From NCBI GenBank assembly GCA_038087875.1, contig JAXLNO010000170.1, positions 124,001 to 188,000 on the forward strand: a DNA stretch of 64,000 bases, written 5' to 3'. Of the stretch, positions 36,115 to 49,138 are shown one piece after another (position 1 is the stretch's first letter; the number at the start of each line of letters is the position of its first letter). This DNA comes from Malacoraja senta (lineage: Eukaryota). A model generated the notes under the pieces. The model saw only the letters and a program-made list of their open reading frames with translations. It was not told the DNA's origin and ran no database searches. Position numbers and translations under genes: made by a program.

Positions 36115-36640
36115 GTTATCCTTTTCCGTTCGCTTCTGTGTAAATTGCTCACTCTTTCTAATCACTCTAGCTCTACCTGTATCTCTGCCTCTTCCCTTTT
36201 TAAATATCCTAATCTAATTTGCAGATTTCTTCCTGTTCTTGATATTCTGCTAAAGTTAACATTTCCTCTGTTTCTGTTCCTTATTAGTAGGTGGGATCTG
36301 ACACATGACTGCAGGTTTTCATTTTTCAGCAGCTTCCTCTGTCGCTCAATTTCCTGGCGCTGCGTATTTATCTGCTCTTGATGTATAATAACATTCTGCA
36401 ATGCATAATCATTTGTCCATTGCTCAGTGAAGGAAGCTCCATGCTGGACTATAGTGAAGTGTCCTAATCACAATCGGTCCAGCATACTTTTTGTCTCGTC
36501 CGACAAGTCTCTCTTCTTTAGACTTTTCTATTAACAGCCTTTTGCTCATCGTCACACATTTATTTAACCGTTCTTTGTATCGTTTAAGCCTTTTCTGTTG
36601 TTCATCTATTTGTCTTCTTAAATCACCTTTCTGGTTATTC
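36115..36640 (-). pseudogene. TLK2: Processed fragment of tousled-like kinase (coiled-coil region), TLK2-like
   Basis: Reads [36 protein letters not shown] / [37 protein letters not shown] / [25 protein letters not shown]. It has frameshifts and stops and no introns. Confidence 0.85.
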
Positions 36641-37250
36641 ATCAAGAAGTAGGAGCTACATTGTCTTTGCAATACAACAGTGGCTTTGATTTGCGCTCTG
36701 TATATTACTCTTACTACATAAGCAAGGTAGTGAGACTGCACTACAACTGCTGTATAAATCAGTTTGAGGAAGTCTTTCCTATATCGTTTAAGCCTTTTTA
36801 TATCATTTGAGCCTTTTCTGTTGTGCATCTATTTGTCTCCATAGGTCTTTCCTATACCAACTCATACGGAGTACTGACTGCACTTTTACAGTAGCCCTCT
36901 TTTGCTTAACCCACTGCCTAACCACCATACTCTTGTAGGCAGCCTGAATGGTAATAGTTGCATACCTCATTGACTGGTATTGCACAAACTGGGAATGCCC
37001 TATTTTGCATGCATTGTACCATCTCTGGATCGAAATGACTGCTTGAGCACAGCTTTGTACCGTACCCTTAATCGGTAACCACGGTATGCAGCTTGCAGAG
37101 TGACTACAGCCGTCTTTTGCATCAAGAAATGCTTTCTTGTAATGCACATCCTTAAGACTGACTTAATATGGCGTGCTGCCTTGATTTTCTCAACCAATTC
37201 TCTGGCTTTGACCCTTCATATAAGGCCTGAATACACACCACTGCTTTTCT
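36641..37250 (-). pseudogene. ASPM: ASPM-like IQ-repeat fragment, interleaved with a short TLK-like piece (~36800-36845)
   Basis: Tandem IQ motifs: [77 protein letters not shown]. Spacing and composition resemble the ASPM IQ array. Confidence 0.7.
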
Positions 37251-37334
37251 CAAACTATTATAATGTCTCATTTGGACATCACTTGGACATCTCTGGCAAG
37301 CTCTGTATCGTTGCTGTACCACAATGGCAGACCA

Positions 37335-37590
37335 GCGTCACTCACCCCACGGCTCCCGGCCACACTCACCCCACGGCTTTGGGGCTCAGCGCGGCTCATG
37401 GAATCAGCCCGGCCTCTGGGGCTTTATTCTCCTCGCCCCGGTGATTGACAGCGTAGTGTCGGAAGGGGCATTGCCGTCCAGGCGATTGACAGGAGAGAAG
37501 ACCAATCTGCTGATCTTACGATTTTTAAACCTTCACAGCTTTTGTAATATTCCACCGATCGGAACAAAACTTGATGCAGTGGGGGCCTAT
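37335..37590 (-). mobile_element. Helitron-family 5'-region copy, inverted relative to 33985-34135
   Basis: The reverse complement matches ggcaa.gcccctt..ctgtcaatcacc..ggagaataaagcccc..ggccgggctgatt.catgag..gcgctgagcc at 33990-34135. Confidence 0.6.
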
Positions 37591-38439
37591 TCACAATGTT
37601 TTCAAGAGAGAGTTAGAAGAAGGGTCTCGACCCGAAATATCACCCATTCCTTCTCTCCAGAGATGCTGCCTGTCCCGTTGAGTTACTCCAGCATTTTTGT
37701 GCCTAACCGCAGTTTAGATTAGTTTAGAGATACAGCGTGGAAACAGGCCCTTCGGCCCACCGAGTCCACGCTGACTAGCGATCATCCTGCACACTAACAT
37801 GATCCTACATACACAAGGGACAATTTACAATTATACCAAGCCAATTAGAATACAAATCGGTACATCTGTCGTATGGGTGGAAACTTGAGCACCTGGAGAA
37901 AAACCCACGCAGGTCATGGGGAGAACGTACAACTCCGTACAGACAGCACCCGTAGTCAGGATTGAACCTGGGTTTCTAGCGCTGTTAGGCAGTTGTGTGG
38001 GTTCAGTCACCCTCCACGCCCACAGTAATCGTTCGAGAATCAAGTTGCTTTCTTCATCAGTTTTTTTGGAGCAGGGTGGTGCAGCGGTAGAGTTGCTGTC
38101 TCATGGCCCATCGAGTCTGCTCCGCCATTCAAACATGGCTGATCTATTTTTTCCTTCACAACCCTATTCTCCTGCCTTCTCCCCATATCCTTTGATGAAG
38201 TAACTAATTAAGGAACTATCAATCTCTGTTGTAAAAATACCAATTGACTTGGCCTCCACCGCCGTCTGTGGCAATGAATTCGACACTCTGGCGAAAGAAG
38301 TTCCTCCTCATCTCCTTTCTACACGTATGCCCTTTTATTCAAAGGCTGTTACCTCTGGTCCTAGACTCTCCCGCTAGTGGAAACATCCACATTCACTCTA
38401 TCAATGCCTTTCGATATGTTTCCATGAGGTTCCTCCTGA

Positions 38440-38961
38440 ATGGTGTTAAGTTTTGAAAAGGGGAAGCACAACGAGAATCTGGGGGTCCTTGTTCATCAGT
38501 CACTGAAAGTAAGCATGCAGGTACAGCAGGCAGGAAAGAAAGCTGATGGCATGTTGGCCTTCATAACAAGAGGAGTCGAGTATAGGAGCAAACAGAACCT
38601 TATGCAGTTGTGAGACCACACCTGGAGTATTGTGTGAAATTTTGGTCTCCAAATATGAGGAAGGACATTCTTGCTATTGAGGGAGTGCAGTGTAGGTTCA
38701 CAAGGTTAATTCCCGGTATGACGGGATCATATGTTGATAGAATGGTGCGGCTGGGCTTGTATCCTCTGGAATTTAGAAGGATGAGAAGGGATCTTATTGA
38801 AACAAATAATATTATTAATGGATTGGACACGCTAGAGGCAGGAAACATGTTCCCGATGTTGGGGGAGTCCAGAACAGGGGCCGCAGTTTAAGAATAAGGG
38901 GTAGGCCATTTAGAACGGAGATGAGGAAAAACTTTTTCACCCAGAGAGTTGTGAATCTGGA
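38440..38961 (+). mobile_element. CR1 3' fragment split by DIRS #2 (resumes at 44282-44490)
   Basis: Reads RPHLEYCVKFWSP..FTQRVVNL|. The sequence gaatt|ctctgccacagaagg is restored on removing 38962-44278. Confidence 0.85.
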
Positions 38962-39678
38962 ATTTTATTTCCAAGTCACGTGAGTGGACTACGTGAGGAG
39001 CCCGCCAGCCCGCATGCACGTCAATACGTCGACGCATGGCGCGGGAGTTGGAACAGTTCGAAACTGCTCTGTCAGGTAAGCTAATTTTGTTTTCGGGAAC
39101 GGGCCGCTGCGGTACAGCGGGCCCGGAGTAGCTGACGGGCGCAGCCTGTGCGGCTGCTGCCGTTGGAGCTCCGAACGGGAGCAGGCGGCCGGATTTGGAG
39201 GCCACCGTGGAGGCTCCGTAAGGAGCTGGTGGGATACGATATTGCGGCTGCCGGCGCGGCCAGGTCAGCGATCGCTGCAAAAGATTAGCAGGTGCCGGTG
39301 GATTTAAAAATAGCCGCGGCCAGGACAGCGACTGCCAGGTAAGCTCAGCTGCCAGGTCAGTATTCACTGTGGGGGCTTTTCCGCAGCACAGCATATGCTG
39401 TAGAGCAGCGTATAGTGTATGCTCTATTTATAGGGCGGCTATAAATAGAGCTGGCATTTTTTTAATAGCGGTTGCCGCTCGGTCACGTTTGTGACTATCA
39501 TAGCAGAAAGGATACAAAGGACATTTATTATCACATACACCAAATGTGTAGTGAAATTTGACTTGCCATTGCAGCACAGAATGGGGCTCCACTGAGCAGG
39601 TGGCTGTTCGGAGCATCTTAAGGGCAATGCCTCTACAGATTGATGCTCCGAATTGGAGTCAGCCAGAGGCCTGAGGAG

Positions 39679-40560
39679 GCAACGCCTGGTTCAGGGTTGC
39701 GTTCTATTTCCTCCCCCTAAGAAACTCCATTGAGGCTCCAGAAAGGAGCTCCTGGCTTAGGAAGCCTTTTTTGAGCTGTGTCTATCAGACAGCTGTGGGA
39801 GCAACACCTGGTTCAGGGTTGCGTCATGATAATTTCCGCTCAGTAGAGGGGACTGTTGGAAATTCTTTCATAAGTGACTCCAACTAGGTGGATATCGATA
39901 AAGCAATCGAATCCCTGATCTAATGGGGGTATGCTTATTTTTAATCATGTGAACAAACTATGCTCCGTGTACCGGAGGCATTAACAGGCGGCTCCAGCCA
40001 TATGCCAGTGACAACACCTGGGAGGGTTGCAGTATTTCTCCCACTCTGTCGAGGGGAGTATCGGAAAGAGGTGACTCCGATTATGATGCCGGGTCATATG
40101 GGGGCCAGTGGACCGAGGAAGCAACACCTGGTTCAGCGTTGCGCACTATTTCCTCCCCTGAAATACTCCGTTCAGGCACCAGAAGGGAGCAAGGACTCGG
40201 AGTCACTAGCAGGTGTTACCTGTCTGTCAGTTCGAGTCATATGCCTGTGGCAACACCCGGTTCAGGGTTACAATATTCCTCCCACACGGATGAAGGGATT
40301 GTCGGAGATGGTACCAAAAATATGCTCCGTGTTACGGAGGCATGCACAGGCAGTCTGAGTCATATGCCTGTGGCAACACCTGGTTCAGGGTTGCAATATT
40401 CCTCCCACTCAGATGAAAGTAGTGTCGGAGATGGTGGCACAAAATATGCTCCATGTTATGGAGGCATGCACAGGCAGTTCGAGTCATATGCCTGTGGAAC
40501 ACCTGGTTCAGGGTTGCAATATTCCTCCCACTCGGATGAGGGGAGTGTCGGAGATCAGTA
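39679..40560 (+). repeat. Tandem ~123-bp hairpin-bearing repeats inside DIRS #2
   Basis: The core gcaacacctggttcagggttgc..ttcctcccac occurs at ~39679, 39801, 40011, 40121, 40250, 40373 and 40496. Confidence 0.8.
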
Positions 40561-41364
40561 TGGAGCTGACTCCGAACATGAGTATGTGCCTGAATCCCAT
40601 GCTTTAATGCATGATGTACGAGAGTCGCATAAGGAAGAGCTGCCTGCTCTTGCCTCTAAATTTGCTGTTCCCTTGGGGACGGGCAAGCCACGACAAGAGG
40701 AGTTGGCCAGCAGCATCAGCTACCTAACATCACACCAGCTGAAGGAATGGCAAGCATGGGGCTGAAGATGTGGTCAGACAGGGTCTGCAAATGGAACTTC
40801 GCTGAAGCTCCAACAAGCAGGTCGACCCGGGTTCAGAGACGCTGGCAGGTAAGGTCTCTTTATTAACCTCCGTAAAAACTCCTAAATGGAGCAGTCTGTC
40901 GGCCCAGGTTTGGATTTACTGGCAGAATGGGCTGTCTAGTATCTTTTCACTGTCTTTGGAGTAGACAGATTGATGCAGAGACATTGGCAGGGTGCCTTGC
41001 ATACTAACCTATGTCATTTCCAAGTAGGAACAGCTCGGTTACCCTGGTTCAGGGTAGACCATCCTGGAACTGGCTGGCCATATGGGTCATATTGACCAGG
41101 GAAGCACTGCCTCAACATCTGTGATTGAGATTATCATGCTGCTCAGTAGAGTGAAGTAGTTGTAGTCTCCCTTAACACATGGTTAAAATTCTGCTCAGTT
41201 AGTGCAGTTGCCAGTTCATTGAAAACATCATTGCCATCATCTTGGGATAGGTAGCTACTAGCAGGAAGCCGGTCTGGCATAGAGTATTTTATCTGACCTA
41301 CAGGTTCATGTTGTGAATCAACAATGTATTTATAATAATCTGTAGGCTCTCAATACCAGTATTC

Positions 41365-42182
41365 CTGATTGAGAGAGATCGAGCAACTGTCCATATGGTA
41401 CCAGCACAATAACCTGGCCCTCAACACCAGCAAAACCAAGGAACTAATTATGGACTTTGGAAGGAGTAGGATGGGGACCCACAGTCCCGTTTATATCAAT
41501 GGGTCGATGGTTGAAAGGGTCAAGAGCTTCAAATTCCTGGGCGTGCACATCTCTGAAGATCTTTCCTGGTCCGAGAACACTGATGCCATTATTAAGAAAG
41601 CACATCAGCTTCCTGAAAAGATTACGGAGAGTCGGTTTGTCAAGGAGGACTCTCTCTAACTTCCACAGGTGCACAGTAGAGAGCATGCTGACCGGTTGCA
41701 TCGTGGCTTGGTTCGGCAACTTGAGCGCCCTGGAGAGGAAAAGACTACAAAAAGTAGTAAACACTGCCCAGTCCATCATTGGCTCTGACCTCCCTTCCAT
41801 CGAGGGGATCTATCACAGTCGCTGCCTCAAAAAGGCTGGCAGTATCATCAAGGACCCACACCATCCTGGCCACACACTCATCTCCCTACTACCTTCAGGT
41901 AGAAGGTACAGGAGCCTGAAGACTGCAACGACCAGGTTCAGGAATAGCTACTTCCCCACAGCCATCAGGCTATTAACCCTGGCTCGGACATAACACTGAA
42001 CTTTATTAGCCAATACTGTTATTTGCACTTTATCAGTATATTGATTCATGTGTGCATATATTTATAGAATGCCTTGTAGTCAATGCCTACTATGTTCTGT
42101 TGTGCTGAAGCAAAGCAAGAATTTCATTGCCCTATCAGGGACACATGACAATAAACTCACTTGAACTTGAACTTGAACTTGA
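41365..42182 (+). mobile_element. 5'-truncated Rex1/Babar LINE inserted in DIRS #2
   Basis: Reads NNLALNTSKTKELIMDF..VERVKSFKFLGVHI..FHRCTVESMLTGCIVAWFGN..LPSGRRYRS..TTRFRNSYFPTAIRLL, with AATAAA and a (CTTGAA)n tail. Confidence 0.9.
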
Positions 42183-45100
42183 GTGGCCAGTCGCAGAGAT
42201 TGTGTTGCGCACTCTGGCGACTCAGACAGGTGGTTTCAGTCAGAGGACTGCAAAGCAATTCCTGGTTCAGTCTTGCATTAGGCTAATTTCCACTCTGAGG
42301 GAGAACGCTGAGGATTCGAGGTGACTCTAATAGTCGAGAGTTGACAGGGAACTCGTATTCCCACGTCAAATGGATACGGTATTTCAGCTCTAGTCATGTT
42401 CTGGTTATATGTTATCAGTGAATTGAATGAATAACTAGATAATGCATCCTCCGTGGCAAGAGAAGCCAAGAAACTTCCGTCCGTATGGTCAATAGAGGAA
42501 CGATGGTCCCAAGTGGAATCAGTGACATCTCACCGAGGATGAGTAGTCTACTCAAGAACAAAAAGGGGTATATTTCAGATATTTCTCAATATTGTAGGAA
42601 CGTGGAGCATGCCAAATCAGGTTAGGATTGGCTAATCTGATCATGTGTTTGGTTACCCAGTTTGAGATGGATAGTTGGCTTTCAGCAATTTAGCTGATTC
42701 AAAGAATCGATCTTGAAGATGCATACTTTGCCATATCTATACACAAGAGGCACAGATATATTTGGTGTTTGATAACATAGCCAGTGGTGGAAGCTATGCT
42801 GCCCTACTCAGATCAAAGGGCATTGTGTCATCAAGGTTTAGATGACATGCACAATTTGCAGCTGATAAGACTAAGGGGTTTATCAGTAGATGCCTCTTAC
42901 GATATTAAGGATGAGGCAACATAAAATGTAATTGTGCCAACTTTGCCTATTCATTCAGGCCATGGTAAGGCGGCTAAAGAAGCTCCTATTTACTCGAAAT
43001 CATGAGTGATGGCTGGTGCAGCCTTTTTTCTCGGGCAGCTAGCTCTCCACAATTGTATAGGAAATTTGTGAACAAGATATGTGAGTTAATTTTAAACGGA
43101 GGTAACAGAGGTTTGTGTTGCTTTCAGTTTGGGCTTAGAGAAGCGATTATGTGTTAGTACAATTGACACTGCTTGTGCTGTTTTGTCATTCTTTATCATT
43201 CCATAAGTGGGACAATAAATGATTGGCTATTCACCCGCTGTTCTCTAACGTTGTGCAGGGTGTTTTTTATATGACCGCTCTAAAAGCCTACAGTCATCGT
43301 AGTGTGCAATGTATATCAGTAAATTATTATGCAGATATTCATCTACTGTTTCCTATGGGAGCAGTACCTTTAAGTTGATTATGCTTTCAGCACAAAGAAC
43401 ACAGTCTTTACTCAATCTCTGGCTCGGTGTCTGGGTCATAACTGACATTAGGGTAGCATGTTATGGGAATGATCTCATAAGCAAAATGGGCATGATTGCG
43501 TACATTTGGAGTTGACAGCATACCCACCAGAGCGGAGATTGGGGGTGTTATTATGTATACAAGTACAGTGAGTTTGCTAATACCTATGAGATGAAAGATA
43601 GTTTCTTCATTGTTATTTAATAGTCTCTCAAGATATTGCTGATGGCTCATTAGCAGCCAATAGAATGGATATTTCCCTTTCAACATACAGCAAGAGGCTT
43701 ACATAGTGCGTGCTTAAAAGTTATAACATTTAGTTGAAAATGTCTGGATATTTGCTGATAGAATTCTGAACAGTGTTGCATGAGTTACTGTCTAACTCAA
43801 AGTCAATTGGGACGATGGTCCGGTTAAGAGCAATGGCCATGTAGGCAAGTTAGCATCATGGTATTAATAACCCATGTTTTCTTCCATTAATGGTTTATCT
43901 GTTTCCACATAGATTGGGTTACTGCATGAAACGACAGAGCTTTGAAGTGTTCACGTAGTCACTCACGTGACTTCGAAATAAAATAGAAAGATTAAACGAG
44001 AACTTACCGTTTGAAGTTTGATCTTTATTTTATGAGAAGTTGGTGAGGGAATACGTGCCCTCCACTCCCAACCCTGATTCTCATAAAAGATCATCCGGTA
44101 ACTCTAGTCTCGTTAATCTTTCTATAGTTTAAGGTCTGCAGCTGGTCTGTGGTTTCATACAGTTGCTCTGAAGATTGTCGCGCATGCGGGCTGGCGGGCT
44201 CTTCACGTATTCCCTCACTTCAACTTCTCATAAAATAAAGATCAAACTTTAAACGGTAAGTTCTCGCTTAATCTTTCTATTCTCTGCCACAGAAGGCAGT
44301 GAAGGCCAATTCTCTGGATGCTTTCAAGAGAGAGTTAGATAGAGCTCTTAAAGATAGCGGAGCAAGGGATATGGTGAGAAGGCAGGAACGACGTACTGAT
44401 TGTGGATGATTAGCCATGATCGCAGTGAATGGCGGTGCTGGCCCAAAGTGCCAAATGGCCTACTCCTGCACCCAGTGTCTATTGTCTACTGTCTCTCCTT
44501 CTACACTCGAGTACAGGGCCAGTAGATGGGACGTTGGCTGGTGAGAGCAACTTGGGCCAAAGGGCCTGTTTCCATGCTCTATATGTCTCAATGGCACCAG
44601 AGATGCTGCCCGACTGGCTAAGTTCCCAGTATTTTATTGTTCATGTTCGTAAGTGCAAGGAGCAGAATTAGGCTATTCGGCCCATCGCCATTCAATCATG
44701 GCTGATCTATCTCTCCCTCCTAACCCCATTCTCCTGCCTTTTCAGCATAACCCCTGACACCCGTGCTAACCCATATAAACCTGTAAAGGTGCAGGAAGGA
44801 ACTGCTGGTTTAAACTGAAGAAAGACACAAAAAACTGGAGTAACAGGCAAGGTCTCTGGATAGAAGGAATGGGAGACGTTTCGGGTCGTGACCCTTCTGC
44901 AGACTGAGAGTCAGGAGAGAGGGAGACACAGCCGGGAGTTGGAGCAACGTTTACAAACCTCGGCCTCAGCTCACACCCGTCCGCCCGACCCCGGCATCCG
45001 CTCCCGCCGCCGTCCCTCTCCCTCCCTTATCTCCTTCCCTTCCCTCACCCCCTTCTCCTTCCTCTCTCTTTTCCCTTCTCTCATTCACTCCATCCCTTCT

Positions 45101-47104
45101 TTCTCTCCTTCCCTCCCTCCTTTCTCTACTTTCCTCCCTCCCTTCTGTCCTTCCTCCCTTCTCTCCCTATCTCCCTCCCATTTCTCCCACCCTCCCTCCC
45201 TTCTCTCCTTTCTCTCCTTCCTGCCCACACACACATAATGCACAGACAACTAACACACACAACTAAGTTAGGATGGGGTAGAAGCCCAAAGGGTAGGATG
45301 GGGCTGAAGCCCAAAATGTAATGCCTGGACTGGTTTTTCACCAATGGTTATTCATTTTCCAGGATCTATTTAATTAAATTACCTTTTTTTTCATTTCACA
45401 GTCACTAAAACAAGTGGTATTGTAACTATGTACTTTTCAGAGGTGATCTACACATTTTGTTTGTTACTTGTAGGCTTACATATATACAATTTTATATTAA
45501 AATGTAGCTTAGATTTGTTTGTTCCATTAACTCGCAGGCACTATTTAAGCGCACATTTTGATTACTTTCCATTCTAGCATAGAGATATAAAGTCTATAAT
45601 AGACTTTAATTATATTTCTATGAATCTACAGACCTTGGTTGGGAACCTGCGGCTCAACAAAATTGTTCCCAATTGGGCCCCGCACCTCCTAAGGCCGGCC
45701 CTGATCCTGAGTGTCACCGAGATGAGGAAAATCCTTTTCACCCAGAGAGTTGTGAATCTGTGGAATTCTCTGCCACAGAAGGCAGTGGAGGCCAATTCAC
45801 TGGATGTTTTCAAGGGTCTCGATGCGAAACGTCATCCATTCCTTCTCTCCAGAGATGCTGCCTGTCCCGCTGAGTTACTCCAGCTTTTTGTGCCTATCTT
45901 CTAAGAGTTTGATATAGCTCTTAGGGCTAACAGAATCAAGGGATATGGTGAGAAAGCAGGAACGGCGTTCTTATTTTGGATGATCAGCCATGATCATATT
46001 GAATGGCGGTGCTGCCTCAAAGGGCCGAATGGCCTAATCCACCTATTTTCTAGGTTTCTATGTCCTTTTGATTAATTTGTGTAGGAAGGAACTGCAGAAG
46101 CCGGTTTACACTGAAGATGCTGGAGTAACTCAGAGAGACAGGGAGCATATCTGGCGAGAAGGAATGGGTGACTTTTCAGGTCGAGACACTTCGTCAGACT
46201 GAGAGTCAGGGGAGAGGGAAACACAGAGATAAGGAAGGGTAAGGTGTAAAAATTACAGATCAAGTCAGGAAGGTGTAGTCAGTCTGAAGAAGGGTCTCGA
46301 CCCGAAACATCACCCATTCCTTCTCTCCAGAGATGCTCCTGTCCTGCTGCGTTACTCCAGCATGTTGTGCCTAACCGCAGTTTAGTTTAGTTTAGAGATA
46401 CAGTGCAGAAACAGGCCTTTTGGCCCACCGTACATTAACACTATCCTACACACACAAGGGACAATTTACAATTATACTAAGCCAATTAGAATACAAATCG
46501 TTACATCTGTCATCCGGTAAAAAACTTGAGCACCTGGAGAAAACCCATGCAGGTCACGGAGAGAACGTACAAACTCCGTACAGACAGCACCCATAGTCAG
46601 GATCGAACCAGGGTTTCTGCCGCTGTTTGGCAGTGACTTTACTGCTGCACCACCGTGCCACACAATTGTGTGGGTTCAATCACCCTCCACGCCCACAATA
46701 ATCGGTCGAGACTCAAATTTCTTTCTTCATCAGTTTTTTTGGAGCACGGTGGCGCAGCAGTAGAGTTGCTGCCTCGTGGCCCATCATGTCCATTCAAACA
46801 TGGCTGGTCTATTTTTCCTTCACAACCCTATTCTGCTGCCCTCCCCATAACCTTTGATGCTGTAACTAATTAAGAAACTATCAATCTCTGTTGTAAAAAT
46901 ATCCAATTGACTTGGCCTCCACCACCGTATATGGCAATGAATTCCACCCTCTGGCAAAAGAACTTCCTCCTCATCTCCTTTCTGCAGGTACGCCATTTTA
47001 TTCAAAGGCTGTTACCTCTGGTCCTAAACTCTCCCACTAGTGGAAACATCCTCCCCACATCCACTCCATCCAGGCCTTTTGGTATGTTTCCATGAGGTTC
47101 CCCC

Positions 47105-47845
47105 TGAATGGTGTTAAGTTGGAAAATGGGGAAGTAGAACGAGATCTGGGGGTCCTTGTTCATCAGTCACTGAAAGTAAGCATACAGGTACAGCAGGCAG
47201 TGACGAAAGCTGACAGCATGTTGGCCTTCATAACAAGAGGAGTTGAGTATAGGAGCAAAGATAACCTTCTGCAGTTTACAGGGCCCTAGTGAGACCACAC
47301 CTGGAGTATTGTGTGCAATTTTGGTCTCCAAATATGAGGAAGGACATTCTTGCTATTGAGGGAGTGCAGCGTAGGTTCACAAGGTTAATTCCCAGGATGG
47401 CGGGACTATCATATGTTGATAGAATGGAGCGGCTGGTCTTGTATACTCTGGAATTTAGAAGGGTGAGAGGGGATCTTATTTAACCATATAAGATTATTAA
47501 GGGAATGGACATGCTAGAGGCAGGAAACATGTTCCCGATGTTGGGGGAGTCCAGAACCAGGGGCCACAGTTTAAGAATAAGGGGTAGGCCATTTAGAATG
47601 GAGACGAGGAAAAACTTTTTCACCCAGAGAGTTGTGAATCTGTGGAATTCTCTGCCTCAGAAGGCAGTGAAGGCCAATTCTCTGGATGCTTTCAAGAGAG
47701 AGTTAGAAAGAGCTCTTAAAGATAGCGGTGTCAACGGATATGATGAGGGCAGGAATGGGGTACTGATTGTGGATGATCAGCCATGATTGCAGTGAATGGC
47801 GGTGCTGGCCCGAAGGGCCAAATGGCCAAACCCTGCACCTAATCC
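47105..47845 (+). mobile_element. CR1 3' fragment, uninterrupted duplicate of 38440-38961 plus 44282-44480
   Basis: It has the same 5' junction (catgaggttcc..tgaatggtgttaagtt) and the intact ggaattctctg target. Confidence 0.85.
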
Positions 47846-49138
47846 AGCCGTCCCAGCCGCTGCGAGGACTCTCCCGACGCCGGGACAACTGCACCCGGCG
47901 AGAACGGCCAGGAACATCGGGCCTCCGTAGAGGCAACTGTGGAGGCCTCAATATGCCGTCTTTGGGAGAACTGGGGTTGGGGACTGGACATTGTGCCTTC
48001 CCCCACAGTGGTAATTCATTGTGGGGGGATGATTTTTGTGTGTTGTGTCTTTGTTAGTCTGTGTTCAAGATGGCGGTCGGAGGGGAGAGTGGACGCTGGC
48101 GCGGTTTAGCTGCCGCTGCTCTCGCCTCAAATTGTGTTTCTGATTTTCTTTTTTGTCCCTTTGAAATGAATTCTGTCCTTAATTTGTGTATTGTGATGTT
48201 GTTGGTCCCTATTATTTTTATTTTTTATTCTGCTTATATGTTTTGTAATTCTGCTTATCTGCAAGGCGTCCTTGAGAGTCTTTGAAAGGTGCCCTATAAG
48301 TGTAATGCTAAATTAAAAAAAAAAAAATTGTCTATCATCTCTCCTACACTCGAGTACGGGGCCAGTAGATGGGACATGTTGGCTGGTGAGAGCAACTTGG
48401 GCCGAAGGGCCTGTTTCCATGCTCTATATGACTCAATGGCTCCAGAGATGCTGCCGACCTGCTAAGTTCCCAGTATTTTAACGTTCATGTTCATAAGTGC
48501 AAGGAGCAGAATTAGGCCATTCGGCCCATCGCCATTCAATCATGGCTGATCTACCTCTCCCTCCTAACCCCATTCTCCTGTCTTTTCCCCATAACCCCTG
48601 ACACCCGTGTTAACCCACATATACCTACAAAGGTGCAGGAAGGAACTACCGATGCTGGTTTAACCTGAAAATAGACACAAATTGCTGGAGTAACTGAGCG
48701 GGACAGGCAGCGTCTCTGGATCGAAGGAATGGAGACGTCTCGGGTCGAGACCCTTCTTCAGACTGAGAGTCAGGGGAGAGGGAGACACAGAGCTAAGGAA
48801 GGCTAAGATGTGACAACGAGACAAAGGGGATGGAGATCATGGAACATGTAGAATAGATCGTTGTTAGCTAGTGACACCAAGGCAGAGATAAAATGTAAAC
48901 GGGAACAGGCAGACTGGTCGGAGAACTGGGAAGGAGGGAGGGGTGGTGAGCAAGGGTTACTTGAAGTTATCTCAGTTCCTCCAGCCCTTTATACATAAAA
49001 AGCTGGAGTAACTCCGTGGTACAGGCAGCATCTCTGGAGAGCAGGAATGGGTGACGTTTCGGGTCGAGACCCTTTAGCTGAAGATTCCAGCATGTTTCGT
49101 TTCTTGTCCATTCCTGGGAACTAACCTGCATCACTCAC

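Larger units (their letters stand above)
38962..44281 (+). mobile_element. DIRS1-type element #2 (non-autonomous, highly degenerate interior)
   Basis: Left end attttatttccaagtcacgtgagt..cccgccagcccgcatgc, right ITR gcatgcgggctggcgggc..ttaatctttctatt, ICR ~43950-44057. There is an RT remnant IDLEDAYFAISIHKRHRY at ~42707-42760 and a gag-like remnant at ~40630-40745. Confidence 0.88.

Noticed and set aside
36115..37250. Functional TLK2 or ASPM gene
   Set aside because: Short, frameshifted, stop-containing, intronless fragments with no kinase or CH domains.
39679..40560. CRISPR-like appearance (palindromic repeats with spacers)
   Set aside because: The context is eukaryotic, there are no cas genes, and the spacers are ~100 bp and partly homologous to each other. 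The repeats lie inside a DIRS element.
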